Of a stretch of 64,000 nt of DNA, positions 1-9,654 are shown one piece after another. The DNA comes from Acidobacteriota bacterium (GTDB lineage Bacteria; Acidobacteriota; UBA6911): assembly GCA_963664705.1 (NCBI GenBank), contig OY761556.1:6496001-6560000 (forward strand). Reading direction: 5' to 3'. Numbering within the stretch: position 1 is the first letter of the stretch; every line of letters begins with the position of its first letter. Below the pieces are notes generated by a model that saw nothing but the letters and a program-made list of their open reading frames with translations, was not told where the DNA came from and ran no database searches. Made by a program: the position numbers and the translations under genes.

Positions 1-952
1 TCGGAAGAATGATCCGGTGGAAATTGATGAAGAGCCGATGAGCGCCTTTGTAATTTACGACTTGAGACTGCCCTACAATTCGAGAACTGGCCGGAATCAC
101 CACATAGCCGGCGCTATGATCAAAAACATCCTTCGAGATCTGGCAAACAACCGGTGAAGGTTCAGTGTCGGCGATAATGCGGTTGACCAGGACTGCCTCC
201 AACATTTCCCCTTCATAGAGCGTAACCGGAGGGTAGTCCGTATAAATCAATTCAGTCTTTTTATCCTCAGAGTTGCTGGTGGATTCCGTTGCCCTTCGAG
301 AATTGTCTGCGAAGTTTGCTTTTGTTGGGATTGCCTCACCTATGCCGGTGTTATTGCCGGTGGGATCCTGTTTTTTGGCGGAATCGTAATAGGCCGCCCC
401 GCTAAAACTTCGCGAATAGACAAACATCGGAACCTGTTTTCCGTTTGGGCTGGGCTTTTGAGATCCTGCTTCATACTGGACGGCTCTTGCTGGGGCGGCA
501 TAACCAGGCTCCTGCTTTTTGCCAGAAGGTGGCGATTTTTGCAGAACGTGCTGAATGGCCTCTTCTTCAGCAACATTCTGAGCTTGGGCTGGAACAGGGA
601 GCCCTGAATCCCGGCCTTTTTCAAAATCCATGTCCTTATACAATGAATTGAATTGGGCCTGGTTGTCGTCTCCCTTGCGGATCAGAAATGACTGGTCGCG
701 GATCTGATCGGCCTTTTGCTGTTCTCTTTTGCTCTCATCCGAATCAAGCTTCTGCTGTTCTAGCTCTTCGGTTGTGGGTTTGTAGGCCGCCGGCTGCGGC
801 TTTCGAAAGGCAAATATTATCGCGGCGGCAACAATTATGAGTAGGACCGCCCCGATGCCGATGAACAGACCAGACTGACGACTTTTCTTCTTTGGAACGG
901 CTTCCTGTTCCTCGATAATTTCAGTTCCTGCTGATTTGTTATTCGGATCCAT
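1..952 (-). CDS. virB10: VirB10/TrbI-family T4SS core protein (C-terminus runs off the window)
   Basis: Not in the ORF track; translated by hand from ATG at 952: MDPNNKSAGTEIIEE...LFIGIGAVLLIIVAAAIIFAFRK (single TM) ... TLYEGEMLEAVLVNRIIADTEPSPVVCQISKDVFD...VIPASSRIVG...RLFINFHRIILP, the typical TrbI beta-barrel start. It follows virB9. Confidence 0.85.
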   Translation of the reverse strand, partial: MDPNNKSAGTEIIEEQEAVPKKKSRQSGLFIGIGAVLLIIVAAAIIFAFRKPQPAAYKPTTEELEQQKLDSDESKREQQKADQIRDQSFLIRKGDDNQAQFNSLYKDMDFEKGRDSGLPVPAQAQNVAEEEAIQHVLQKSPPSGKKQEPGYAAPARAVQYEAGSQKPSPNGKQVPMFVYSRSFSGAAYYDSAKKQDPTGNNTGIGEAIPTKANFADNSRRATESTSNSEDKKTELIYTDYPPVTLYEGEMLEAVLVNRIIADTEPSPVVCQISKDVFDHSAGYVVIPASSRIVGQSQVVNYKGAHRLFINFHRIILP

Positions 953-995
953 TTTTGCTCCTCACTTATGCGTGGTTTTGGCGCGTGCCGCCTTG

Positions 996-1745
996 TCAGT
1001 TTAAACGGCTGATTTCGCTCACGGTATTGCCGAGCTTCAGAAAAAAACGCTTGTCGCCTCTCGGTAAGACTTTGTGGACAACGTAGTACTCGCCCTCATC
1101 CGTGTATTTCACCGGCTCTAGATGTTTCTGATCATTCTTCTCACTGATGTAGACGATCGGGCGCTCCTGGGATTTTGGAAGGCGGATATAGGTAAAGATT
1201 CCGTCGTCTACGACCTTGTCGATAGAGAACGCGCGATCCGTGATTTGGTAATTGCTGTTGACCGTAAACAGCATTTGCTGCGTTTTCTGTTCTATTGTGG
1301 CATTGCAGCGCTGTTCCGCGTCCTGGGCCACCCGCATGGCTTCGGTTTTAACTCTGTTCTTAAACAGCTGGAGATTGTTGCATTTGATAATGACGAGCTG
1401 ATCGGCAACCGGAGTGTTCCCGCTATTGATGTTGAAGACGAAGAGCTTGTCTGTATCGGTAAAGATGCTGATCGAGGTGCTCTTGTTCGGTTGTAGTGCG
1501 GTGACGATACCGATAGTGCCATTGGATTCGGCATGGAAGGATTCGGTATCTGTAACGACGAAATCGGTGATTTTCCATCCTTCAGGAAGACGGAAGGTGG
1601 TCCCCACTTTGGGGACTGTCGTGATGGCATAGACTTTGTCTGCATTATCGCCATTGAAATCGCAAATCAGCGTGCGGCCTTCAATGCCCGCGAATGTGTG
1701 AAGTGAACAGGAAAATAGTGCTATTGCTAAGCAGATGACTCTCAT
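996..1745 (-). CDS. virB9: VirB9/TrbG-family T4SS outer-membrane core protein
   Basis: Signal peptide; C-terminal 'IDKVVDDGIFTYIRLPKSQERPIVY...VKY...YYVVHKV' matches the VirB9/CagX C-domain pattern; operon position. Confidence 0.8.
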   Translation of the reverse strand: MRVICLAIALFSCSLHTFAGIEGRTLICDFNGDNADKVYAITTVPKVGTTFRLPEGWKITDFVVTDTESFHAESNGTIGIVTALQPNKSTSISIFTDTDKLFVFNINSGNTPVADQLVIIKCNNLQLFKNRVKTEAMRVAQDAEQRCNATIEQKTQQMLFTVNSNYQITDRAFSIDKVVDDGIFTYIRLPKSQERPIVYISEKNDQKHLEPVKYTDEGEYYVVHKVLPRGDKRFFLKLGNTVSEISRLN

Positions 1746-2392
1746 TTGACCTCCGGTTTGTTTTGAAATGGACTCTGCCGGTAATCGATAACGATTAAGC
1801 CGTGCGGGTTCCGGGTCGAACGTTTGACAGGCTTGATGACAAATGCTCCCAAAGAACTGTCTTCTTCCATAATTTCATCCATTTGAGACAGAACCTTGGT
1901 TTTGAAGTAGAGTTGGACCTTCAGAAGCGGCTTAGATTCCGTAATCATGAAGCTGGTGACTTCGGCCAAGCCCTGGACATTTCTTCCAAGAAGCTCTGAG
2001 CGATGTGCCAGCTTTAATGCTTCCCTGACCTGATGAAGCGCTTCAGGTGATGTCGAGCGGGATAATGACTCCAATTTTGTTTTGGCCGTATATTTGTTGT
2101 AAGTGTATGCGTCGGCCAGGAAGTCTTCACAGAACTTCCGCACTTCGAATGGCGACCTTTCCTCGCCGGCGGCATCCACTACGCGGTAATCGACGGCAAT
2201 CGCGTCGCCGGTCCCTTCGTTTATCACGATCGGAACAATGTGTTCCGCTCTGCTGTCGATGATCTTGACAAGGAGCGCTCCACCGAGCACCAGGCAGACA
2301 AGCAGTAAGACCAGAGAAATCAGCTTTAGCCAGGTGTTCACATACGACAAGTTCCCGTGAACACGAATGAAATCATCGGTTGCATTAGACAC
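1742..2392 (-). CDS. virB8: VirB8/TrbF-family T4SS inner-membrane protein
   Basis: N-terminal TM followed by 'VPIVINEGTGDA'; C-terminal 'RNPHGLIVIDY' is the VirB8 NPxG motif. Confidence 0.85.
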   Translation of the reverse strand: MSNATDDFIRVHGNLSYVNTWLKLISLVLLLVCLVLGGALLVKIIDSRAEHIVPIVINEGTGDAIAVDYRVVDAAGEERSPFEVRKFCEDFLADAYTYNKYTAKTKLESLSRSTSPEALHQVREALKLAHRSELLGRNVQGLAEVTSFMITESKPLLKVQLYFKTKVLSQMDEIMEEDSSLGAFVIKPVKRSTRNPHGLIVIDYRQSPFQNKPEVK

Positions 2393-2405
2393 GGATCCTC
2401 CTCAA

Positions 2406-3389
2406 TTATTTTCGAAAGCTTTTAACTGCAGCCGTTGCGGTGGAACTGAGCCGCGAAGTAACGGATTTTGTTGCGCTGGAAGCTGCCTTAACTGCAGCGC
2501 CACCAGCTGCCCCTGTAGCGCGGATCACAGATCCGCCGGGGATCAGAGTGAGAGCGGTGCCTGCAATTCCCAAAGTGATCTGCCCCAGTCCGGCCCCGGC
2601 AGCTCCACCCACAAGTGCATTGATTATTTTGTTGGTGCTCAAAACGATGCCTAGCGACAGAATCGGCCCTAGCAGCTGGGCGGCCACTTGTCCGCTTGTT
2701 GCGGTTCCGAAAGGATTGGCTGCAGCTACGGCAAGAATGGCCACGCCGATTGCTAGCGCAGCCCCGTAAAGAGGAATCAGCATGAAATAGGACAGCACTG
2801 CCATAAACCACCTCAGCGCATGCGGCCGGAATTCACGGTCGAACGCCATCGCGAAAAACACGGGGCCGAGAACAAGATTCATCGCCAAAATGCATAGCGA
2901 GCCCCCCATGCAGACCAGGATGATCCCGTAGCAGATGAACAAAACAATTGCTCCGATCCCGAACAGGAGGCTTCCAATTGTCATGTTGTAGAGTGTTCCG
3001 AGAATTGTGCTGACCAGTCCCTGCGAATTGTTGCTGGAGTTCATCGCTTGATCCATTGATACGGTCTGATCCATGAAGGACGTGGTCAGCGATTGAAGAG
3101 AAGGGTAGAAATTCGTTGCAAGTATTTTTACCGCATTGAATATCTGATCGGATGCCATCGGCCAGACTGCAAACAGAGCAGCAATAAACAGATATTTTAT
3201 GAGAATCCGATGCAACTCGGTGCGGCTGCCGGATGCGACCTGGATTCCTTCCTGAAGGAATGCCTTGAACAGGAGAAAAGCCCAGAGAATAGCGCCGAGT
3301 GTTGTATAGACCACCACATAATCCCACCCGCCATTTAAGCGTCCGCGCAAGGCATTCCAGATAACATCCATCAATTGAGCCAGATTCAT
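2406..3389 (-). CDS. virB6: VirB6/TrbL-family polytopic membrane protein
   Basis: Several TM helices, 'LVLGPVFFAMAF', Ala/Gly-rich C-terminal tail; sits between virB5-like and virB8. Confidence 0.8.
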   Translation of the reverse strand: MNLAQLMDVIWNALRGRLNGGWDYVVVYTTLGAILWAFLLFKAFLQEGIQVASGSRTELHRILIKYLFIAALFAVWPMASDQIFNAVKILATNFYPSLQSLTTSFMDQTVSMDQAMNSSNNSQGLVSTILGTLYNMTIGSLLFGIGAIVLFICYGIILVCMGGSLCILAMNLVLGPVFFAMAFDREFRPHALRWFMAVLSYFMLIPLYGAALAIGVAILAVAAANPFGTATSGQVAAQLLGPILSLGIVLSTNKIINALVGGAAGAGLGQITLGIAGTALTLIPGGSVIRATGAAGGAAVKAASSATKSVTSRLSSTATAAVKSFRK

Positions 3390-3415
3390 ATCAGCCCTCT
3401 TTCGCGTTTGCCTGT

Positions 3416-4183
3416 TTACGGCAGCCGCAGCATGTTCTTTATGGTTTCCTGATTCCGGCTGTCGCCCTGCTGTGCCTCTGTTTCCAGCTGCTTCATTCGG
3501 GTGATCAGATTCCGTTGTTCCTTTTGATCTGTCAGAAGCCGTTGCTCGACAACTTTTGTTTCAGCCTGTATCTGTGCGCTTTCGATGAGAATGGCATTCG
3601 TTAGTGCTGTTAGTTGAGGGAGATATACTTCGTTTCCAGGCCCTGATGGACCCGTAATCAAAGCTTGGTTTTGAGTTTTATAGCGCTCCAAAGCTTCCTT
3701 GTGTTCCTTATCCTGTTTTTCGAGATCGATGAGGTGAGCCTCTTCTTGCTTCAAGCGATCAACCTGTTCTTCCGATAGGCTGATAAGGCTGTCTGCATAC
3801 GCGCGATAATCGGGATTTCTCTGATATTGCTGAGTAGTCCGTAAGCCTAAGATCTGCCCTTGCCATGCGCCTTCATCGAAAGTGCGCCAGATCCTGATAA
3901 AGTGATCGCTAAGCCGAGCCCATTCGGTTGGGACGTAGTATCGCCAATCAGCTTGATTAAGCCGGCGATAGACTGTCTGGAATGTTGAAAAGTAGCTGTC
4001 AAACTGGCTTTTGTATTTATTGAACTCACTCAGATAGTTTGTCATTTGCATGATTTGTTGCACCTGATTCGCAATCTGAGTGATCCGCTGAGCAGCGGCA
4101 ACAGGATCGCTGAAAATAAATGCATCTGCTCGATGAGGGACAACTAGAAACATCAGAGCCGCAATCAATATTCCCTTCTTCAT
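3416..4183 (-). CDS. VirB5/TrbJ-like exported helical protein
   Basis: Start reassigned to ATG 4183 (MKKGILIAALMF..., overlaps the virB4 stop). Signal peptide, 'FSDPVAAAQRITQIANQVQQIMQM', Gln-rich coiled coils. Confidence 0.7.
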   Translation of the reverse strand: MKKGILIAALMFLVVPHRADAFIFSDPVAAAQRITQIANQVQQIMQMTNYLSEFNKYKSQFDSYFSTFQTVYRRLNQADWRYYVPTEWARLSDHFIRIWRTFDEGAWQGQILGLRTTQQYQRNPDYRAYADSLISLSEEQVDRLKQEEAHLIDLEKQDKEHKEALERYKTQNQALITGPSGPGNEVYLPQLTALTNAILIESAQIQAETKVVEQRLLTDQKEQRNLITRMKQLETEAQQGDSRNQETIKNMLRLP

Positions 4184-6696
4184 ACTTCTCTCTCCTGCAG
4201 TTTGGATTGTTGAATGAGATAGGGTTCGAGAATCGCCAGGCGCTCTTCCGTATTCCGGCAATGGCCTGTCAACCGCACTAATTCGTCGATCGCCTGGCGC
4301 ACATTTCCGCTATAACGCTCTTTCATTTTCTTTTTGATGGTTCGTTCGCGGGCGTCCGTGCTGGCAAGCCAGTAGGTGTGGGGATCGGCCACGGTCCGCA
4401 GAATTCTCCGCAGACCAGCGGCCGACCAGTAGAGGACTTCGTATCGCGAAGGATCGAGCTGTTTGTACTGCTCGATATGATATTCGGTGAGATTTAAGGC
4501 GCGGAAGGAATCTTCGACTTTCTTTTGTCCGCCGAAGAAGAAGGCCTGCATAAGATTTGTAATGATCGCCTTTGACCAGGGCTGTTCCGGACTGTCGAGG
4601 TCAGCGAGCGATTGAGTGATCAGATCCAGCATGATGTTCCAATGCCGGCCAGTTCGGGCAAGCAGCGTAATCCAGTAGGAGAATGCGGGATCGGTGATGT
4701 AGCGATGCGCTTCATCCAGGACGAAACGCTTCTCAACGCTTCGCAGGTTTTCATCCGCAATGTCGCGGTAGACCTTTGAGAAGATTACGTAGACGATGGC
4801 CGTCATGAGTTCCGGCTCACCATCCAAATCTCGTAAATCAAAGTAGCAATATCGGGCGCTTTGAAGCGTGTCTCTGCCTGTATTGAAAAGTTCTCCACGG
4901 CGGCCTACGGTCCAAAGACTGAAAGCGCTAGCCAGGTCCTTATTCTGAACCTCCATCTCCATAATATTTGCGAGCAACGTTATCGGAGGTATCGGCTTGC
5001 GGTCGCCATGCTCCGATTGATTGCGAAGTAGGATACGGTAGGAGTTGAAGAATTCCGTCAGCCCCTTGCGCATTGCCATCTCGTTGGGCGGATTTACCAG
5101 CGCCGGGCCTGCCATTAATTTCACCATCCCCATGCAGAATTCAAATTGCTCATCCGTGACCGGCAGTGTGGGATCTGAAATTTGAAAGGGATTGAACTGG
5201 AAATTACTTTCTCGTTTGGAAACACGCATGATTGCCGTCTGGGAAGGCAGTTCTTCCCGCAGCAGCTCGAACAAATCCAAATAGGAGGCGGATAGATCCA
5301 CAACCCAAATCATGGGATTGACCACCAGGTGGGAGAGAAGGTCTTTGATGACGAAAAAGCTCTTTCCGCCCGAGGTAGGTCCACAAATTGCGCGATGATG
5401 TGCTTTTAGTTGACTTGTAAAGGGATTGTAGGAATAGACGCCCTGGAGCCGATCCTGGAGATAATCGACCGGATCCTTGTCACCCTGATACAGCACGTAT
5501 GCGCTAAGCAGATCGCCAACATTGGCGGTCCCAAGCAACGATTTACGAAGGTAGAACCGGTCATGCCCAGGCAGCATTGAAAAAAAAGCTGCTTTGAGAT
5601 TGCGCTTTTCGGTAATCCCAAAGGAACCGATTTCTTTGAGCAATGAAATCACTTCTGCACGCCGATTGCGCAGCGTCTCTTTATCCTCTGCACGGACCGC
5701 AACTGAGAAATGCCACCAGACCGGGAGCTCTTTTTCGTTGTCGATTCGGGTTCGGAATGATTGGACTTCTTCCACATATTTGAGATTTTTGGGATCCATC
5801 GTCGAGAGCGCAGTCGCGATCGGCAGATTGAAATCCTGCTCTTTAAATAGCTGTTGTTTGTTTGCAAACCCGATCGACTGCCGAAGGATCAGAGGAAATC
5901 CCAGCTCATAAAAACGACGGAGATACATGGCGACCGAACTTGGCGGAGGGTATTTCATGCCGATGATCGAAATGTATTGGCTGTTATTAATGACCAGGTG
6001 TTCTTCGGTTGGCCGAAAAACGTAGCTGCTTTGTGCAAGCTGGGCATTAAGGGAAAGATCGGGGCGATATGCCGGAGCCGGCGAGAAATTGATAAGCTCA
6101 TAGAGAGCTTCAAATGATTGCTCCCGATCAAGGATGCGGAATCCAAAACGGCCCAAACCACTGGAAAGCGAAAAGACGCCCTGTTCAATTTGTTTGATGC
6201 ACTCTTTGAGCTGATCGCGGTAAAAGCGGAGAATCTTGGCTTCCTGAATGAGCATTCCCCAATTGGGATCTTTCTTCTTTGGAGGAAAATAGCGCAAACC
6301 GCAGAGAATCCGATTCCCGAAGCTTTTTGAGATCAGATCATCCCAGAAGTCCTGCTTTTTTGATTGAACGAACTGGATAAGCGGCGGCGCATTGGGATTC
6401 TTTTTAAGCGGCAACGGGTGAGGCGTGTCCCGTATCAGGAGGTTCGATAGCATGAAGCCCGCTCCTTCTTCCGGCAGTTGCTCCATTGCCGAGCGGGCAA
6501 AATGTGAAAATTGTTCCTTCACATCCTCTGCCAGCCCTTCATAATCAAGGCCCAAGAGCTGGAATAGGACGAGCAGTGAACCATCCTTCATCAAAATGAT
6601 AGGCAGCTCATTGTTAAGAAAATCAACGTAGAGCAGAGCGTTTTCGAGCTTCTGCTCCTGCCGGTTCACGTTTCGCAGCAGATCGCGATACCGCAT
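4180..6696 (-). CDS. virB4: VirB4/TrbE-family conjugation ATPase
   Basis: 838 aa; Walker A GPTSGGKS, Walker B FVLDEAH, 'RTGRHWN...ITQS'; N-terminal 'MKDGSLLVLFQLLGLDYE'. Confidence 0.92.
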   Translation of the reverse strand: MRYRDLLRNVNRQEQKLENALLYVDFLNNELPIILMKDGSLLVLFQLLGLDYEGLAEDVKEQFSHFARSAMEQLPEEGAGFMLSNLLIRDTPHPLPLKKNPNAPPLIQFVQSKKQDFWDDLISKSFGNRILCGLRYFPPKKKDPNWGMLIQEAKILRFYRDQLKECIKQIEQGVFSLSSGLGRFGFRILDREQSFEALYELINFSPAPAYRPDLSLNAQLAQSSYVFRPTEEHLVINNSQYISIIGMKYPPPSSVAMYLRRFYELGFPLILRQSIGFANKQQLFKEQDFNLPIATALSTMDPKNLKYVEEVQSFRTRIDNEKELPVWWHFSVAVRAEDKETLRNRRAEVISLLKEIGSFGITEKRNLKAAFFSMLPGHDRFYLRKSLLGTANVGDLLSAYVLYQGDKDPVDYLQDRLQGVYSYNPFTSQLKAHHRAICGPTSGGKSFFVIKDLLSHLVVNPMIWVVDLSASYLDLFELLREELPSQTAIMRVSKRESNFQFNPFQISDPTLPVTDEQFEFCMGMVKLMAGPALVNPPNEMAMRKGLTEFFNSYRILLRNQSEHGDRKPIPPITLLANIMEMEVQNKDLASAFSLWTVGRRGELFNTGRDTLQSARYCYFDLRDLDGEPELMTAIVYVIFSKVYRDIADENLRSVEKRFVLDEAHRYITDPAFSYWITLLARTGRHWNIMLDLITQSLADLDSPEQPWSKAIITNLMQAFFFGGQKKVEDSFRALNLTEYHIEQYKQLDPSRYEVLYWSAAGLRRILRTVADPHTYWLASTDARERTIKKKMKERYSGNVRQAIDELVRLTGHCRNTEERLAILEPYLIQQSKLQEREV

Positions 6697-7018
6697 TGAC
6701 AGCCTCCTGGTTTAAAAACTGAATGCGCTGGAGAGAAAGCGATTGAGAGTTCAGGTTCGCCTTTAGGAAGCAGGCGGAATCCTTTTCAAGATGGTCTGTG
6801 TTATCAAGCCAGAAGCAGATTGCGAATATTACTCCGGTGACCGTGATGCCCAACCCGATCACCATCACCTTCACAACCGTGTTGGCTCCTGAAGTGAGTG
6901 AGAAGCCCACTGTGGTGAAAAGCAACCCGGCACCCAGCGTGGCGAACAGCTTGACATAGGTAATTCCCCACACTTTGGGGATATGCTGAATGTTCCGGAA
7001 AATGTCTCTTTCTTTCAT
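6623..7018 (-). CDS. virB3: VirB3/TrbD-like membrane protein
   Basis: Small two-TM protein with 'PKVWGI', between the pilin and virB4. Confidence 0.7.
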   Translation of the reverse strand: MKERDIFRNIQHIPKVWGITYVKLFATLGAGLLFTTVGFSLTSGANTVVKVMVIGLGITVTGVIFAICFWLDNTDHLEKDSACFLKANLNSQSLSLQRIQFLNQEAVNAVSRSAAKREPAGAEARKRSALR

Positions 7019-7039
7019 GGTCTTTACCGATAAATTGCA

Positions 7040-7062
7040 GGCGCTCAGCCAGGCTGAGCGCC
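7040..7062. other. Perfect 11-bp GC-rich inverted repeat between pilin and virB3 (mRNA hairpin)
   Basis: GGCGCTCAGCC-A-GGCTGAGCGCC. Confidence 0.65.
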
Positions 7063-7075
7063 ATGGCAGGAATTC

Positions 7076-7390
7076 TCAAACGATGAACGTGTTTGCCAAA
7101 AAGCCGAGGACTATCCCGACGATTGCAAAGATGAGCGATGTCATAGAGTCGTTATCACCCTGGCTGAGTTTGTAGGCAGTGCGGCCCAGTCCCACGAGGC
7201 CGACCAAACCGGCAACCAATGTACCGGCGGCAATTGCGATCGTGCGGATATCGGTAACCGCTCCCTGGAATGTGGGAGCAACCGACTGCTGGGCGTGAAG
7301 CAGGCAGGGCTGACCAGCCAACCAACCTGCGATGATTACAAACGAGGCTTTTAGGATCTTTCGTAGTCGCGATATTCTTAGTTGCTTCAT
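7076..7390 (-). CDS. virB2: VirB2/TrbC-like conjugative pilin
   Basis: Long signal peptide ending LHA-QQ, then two hydrophobic helices separated by 'KLSQGD'; first recognisable virB gene; AGGAG RBS. Confidence 0.8.
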   Translation of the reverse strand: MKQLRISRLRKILKASFVIIAGWLAGQPCLLHAQQSVAPTFQGAVTDIRTIAIAAGTLVAGLVGLVGLGRTAYKLSQGDNDSMTSLIFAIVGIVLGFLANTFIV

Positions 7391-7433
7391 TTATTGAGCT
7401 CCTTTTTTGCTCGGAAAGGTCATGGATGACCGC

Positions 7434-7541
7434 CTATTGACTGTTTTCTTTCCGTTTCTTGAAAAACCAGAATCCGATTCCGCCGGCTGCTACAATCAGC
7501 GCAACAAAGAACCAGTTCATTGCTTGCTGAAACGTTTCCAT
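7434..7541 (-). CDS. 35-aa single-TM membrane peptide at the head of the conjugation operon
   Basis: METFQQAMNWFFVALIVAAGGIGFWFFKKRKENSQ, preceded by AGGAG-N7-ATG; TM helix plus basic tail. Confidence 0.6.
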   Translation of the reverse strand: METFQQAMNWFFVALIVAAGGIGFWFFKKRKENSQ

Positions 7542-7621
7542 TTGATATCTCCTATTAAGGTTTGAGTCGATCCGGGCAAAGTTTTTCCTCCTACATTGCC
7601 CGTGGTAAGAGCGATGCAAAA

Positions 7622-7630
7622 TGCTATAAT
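7622..7630 (+). promoter_or_regulatory. Extended -10 promoter element upstream of the sigma gene
   Basis: TGCTATAAT (TGnTATAAT) ~100 bp before the ATG, which has a GGAGG RBS. Confidence 0.45.
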
Positions 7631-7731
7631 TCACCCTGCAACTAGAAGAGTCACGAAACGCCAAAAAACTTATAAACTTTTTTCATTTTTTTGCTTTTTT
7701 TGCCAAAGGCTCCCCAAAATGGAGGGTTCAT

Positions 7732-8580
7732 ATGAGGGCCAGCGAAAAGGAATGCGCGTCGGCGGGAAACGATTTTGATGAACAAATCAGTGAGCTGATG
7801 GAAGAGCTAAAGCCTTTACTGGTCGAACATGGCGTGGATTTGGCAGCGTTGTCGGATGCAGGCAAAGAAGCTCTGCTCGAAATAGATAGAAATAATATAG
7901 GGAACTCTTCAGAACAGCTTCGCTCGTATTTTTTAGAACTGGTCTTATGGAACCTCTTTGCCAGTGGAAGCTCGCTTTGGATCAATTCCAGAACCACGGC
8001 TGGAAACATGGTCCCGTTGGAAATAATGACAATGGCATACGTGCTGTGGAAAGATGGCGTGTACCTGGCCGAGCATTACGGTGTGGATTCGGCAGTTGCA
8101 GCGGAAATCATGGCGCTGGTTACACACAAAGCAGCGGACAGGGTAATCAATTATGATGACGATCCTGAAAACGAACCTGTTCGAGACATCAAAAAATATG
8201 TTTTTACAGCATTCAGGTATGCCATTTACATGGTTGCCAAAAAACAGTCCTTACCTGCAAAGGATTTTCTTGAAATGAATAGTTTGAGCACGAATTGGGA
8301 GTCGGGGCTAAGCGGAGTAGAGAAACAGATATTCTGCGAAGAGCTGGTGAAAGCCATGCCTCCGAAGGCTCAAAAGATTTTCATGTCCTATCATGTTTCT
8401 CAATATAGTTGGAAAGAGACGGCTAAGGGATTGAGCCTGACAGTTGGTGCCGCCCAGAGAATTCTTAGCGATGCGATGATAAAGACATTTGGGATCCGGA
8501 TGCAGGAATTGCGAAGGATAGGCTTTCAACAGGTGACCGAAATTGAGAACTACCTGAAGAAAAAGCAGCGGATTCATTAA
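7732..8580 (+). CDS. Divergent ECF-like sigma-70 factor with N-terminal extension
   Basis: C-terminal region-4 HTH 'MPPKAQKIFMSYHVSQYSWKETAKGLSLTVGAAQRILSDA'; region-2-like 'DIKKYVFTAFR'; directly upstream of a zinc-binding anti-sigma. Confidence 0.7.
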   Translation: MRASEKECASAGNDFDEQISELMEELKPLLVEHGVDLAALSDAGKEALLEIDRNNIGNSSEQLRSYFLELVLWNLFASGSSLWINSRTTAGNMVPLEIMTMAYVLWKDGVYLAEHYGVDSAVAAEIMALVTHKAADRVINYDDDPENEPVRDIKKYVFTAFRYAIYMVAKKQSLPAKDFLEMNSLSTNWESGLSGVEKQIFCEELVKAMPPKAQKIFMSYHVSQYSWKETAKGLSLTVGAAQRILSDAMIKTFGIRMQELRRIGFQQVTEIENYLKKKQRIH

Positions 8581-8599
8581 TACAGAAGTAGAGATTTTC

Positions 8600-9355
8600 A
8601 TGACGAAGAGCGAAGAAGAACTGCGGGTTGAAATCCTGAAAAAAGCCTATATGACGGTCAATCCAAATCCGGAGCGCAAGGGTTGTCCCGAGCCCAAAGT
8701 GCTTCGAGATGTCGCCTATCACCGAAACATCGGCACACCGGAGCAGTTTGAAGCGATCATGGATCACCTCACAAAATGCTCTGCCTGCGTGCGTGATCAC
8801 ATGGCATTTGTTGAAGAGTACCAGGAAAAGAAAAAGCGAAATCAGCAAATGAAGCGATCTTTGCTGGGACTCGTGGCAGTACTGGTGATTTCGCTGGCAA
8901 TTTGGGCTGTCTGGCGCATTCGACCAAGACAAGAGATTGCCGTCAATCCTCCGAAACCACAGCATCAGGAATCCGGGAATCCAGTTTCACCCGATACTGG
9001 CAATCATAAAAACAATCCTCCCCAAATCGCCCAGCTGGAATCCGTCACGATTGAGATCCCCGCAAAACTGAGAGGCTCAGCCGAAACTGGGAATCCCATT
9101 GTCCTCAGCAGAGGGAAGCTGAATGCCGAATTCCGAATGCCAATCGGCAGCCCTGAAGGAAAATATAAGCTGCGGATTTCGGACATTTCCGGCAAAGCGC
9201 TTTGGACTGTGGAGAGAACTGCCTCAAAGGTGAATGGAATTACTGGCTTCAGATCGCCTTTGGATACTTCAAATTTACCATTTGGTGATTACAAACTCAG
9301 CATCCAAGAGCCTGGTTTTGCGGAATGGACGGATTATCCGCTCATAATAAAATAG
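8600..9355 (+). CDS. Zinc-binding (zf-HC2/ZAS) membrane anti-sigma factor with extracytoplasmic beta domain
   Basis: 'PNPERKGCP...HLTKCSAC' (HxxxCxxC), one TM helix, Pro-rich linker, C-terminal Ig-like domain ('LDTSNLPFGDYKLSI'). Confidence 0.75.
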   Translation: MTKSEEELRVEILKKAYMTVNPNPERKGCPEPKVLRDVAYHRNIGTPEQFEAIMDHLTKCSACVRDHMAFVEEYQEKKKRNQQMKRSLLGLVAVLVISLAIWAVWRIRPRQEIAVNPPKPQHQESGNPVSPDTGNHKNNPPQIAQLESVTIEIPAKLRGSAETGNPIVLSRGKLNAEFRMPIGSPEGKYKLRISDISGKALWTVERTASKVNGITGFRSPLDTSNLPFGDYKLSIQEPGFAEWTDYPLIIK

Positions 9356-9602
9356 ATTCCACTCACTGTTTTTAAGCCGCAGAATTTCACTTTAGAGTTT
9401 TACAGGCTATTCTGTAATTACGGGCTCCTGCCCAATTACCTGATAAGAATCCGCAATATCGAAGCTGCTGTAAATGGCCTTCGTGTCCATCGTTGTGATT
9501 CAAGGCTCAATAGCTGCGTTCAAATATCAACCTCTCAAGCTGCAGATTGTGAGGAACAAGGTTCCCATAGGCCTAGCTGTCTCAAATATTTGCACTTTTC
9601 GC

Positions 9603-9654
9603 TTGACAAACGTCTCATATATGTCGATTATCATCTCATGTATAGCGATAATCG
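9603..9654 (+). promoter_or_regulatory. Promoter and palindromic operator of the AAA/S8 operon
   Basis: TTGACA (9603) -17 nt- GATTAT; inverted repeat CGATTATC (9625-9632) / GATAATCG (9647-9654) overlapping the -10 and the start. Confidence 0.5.
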
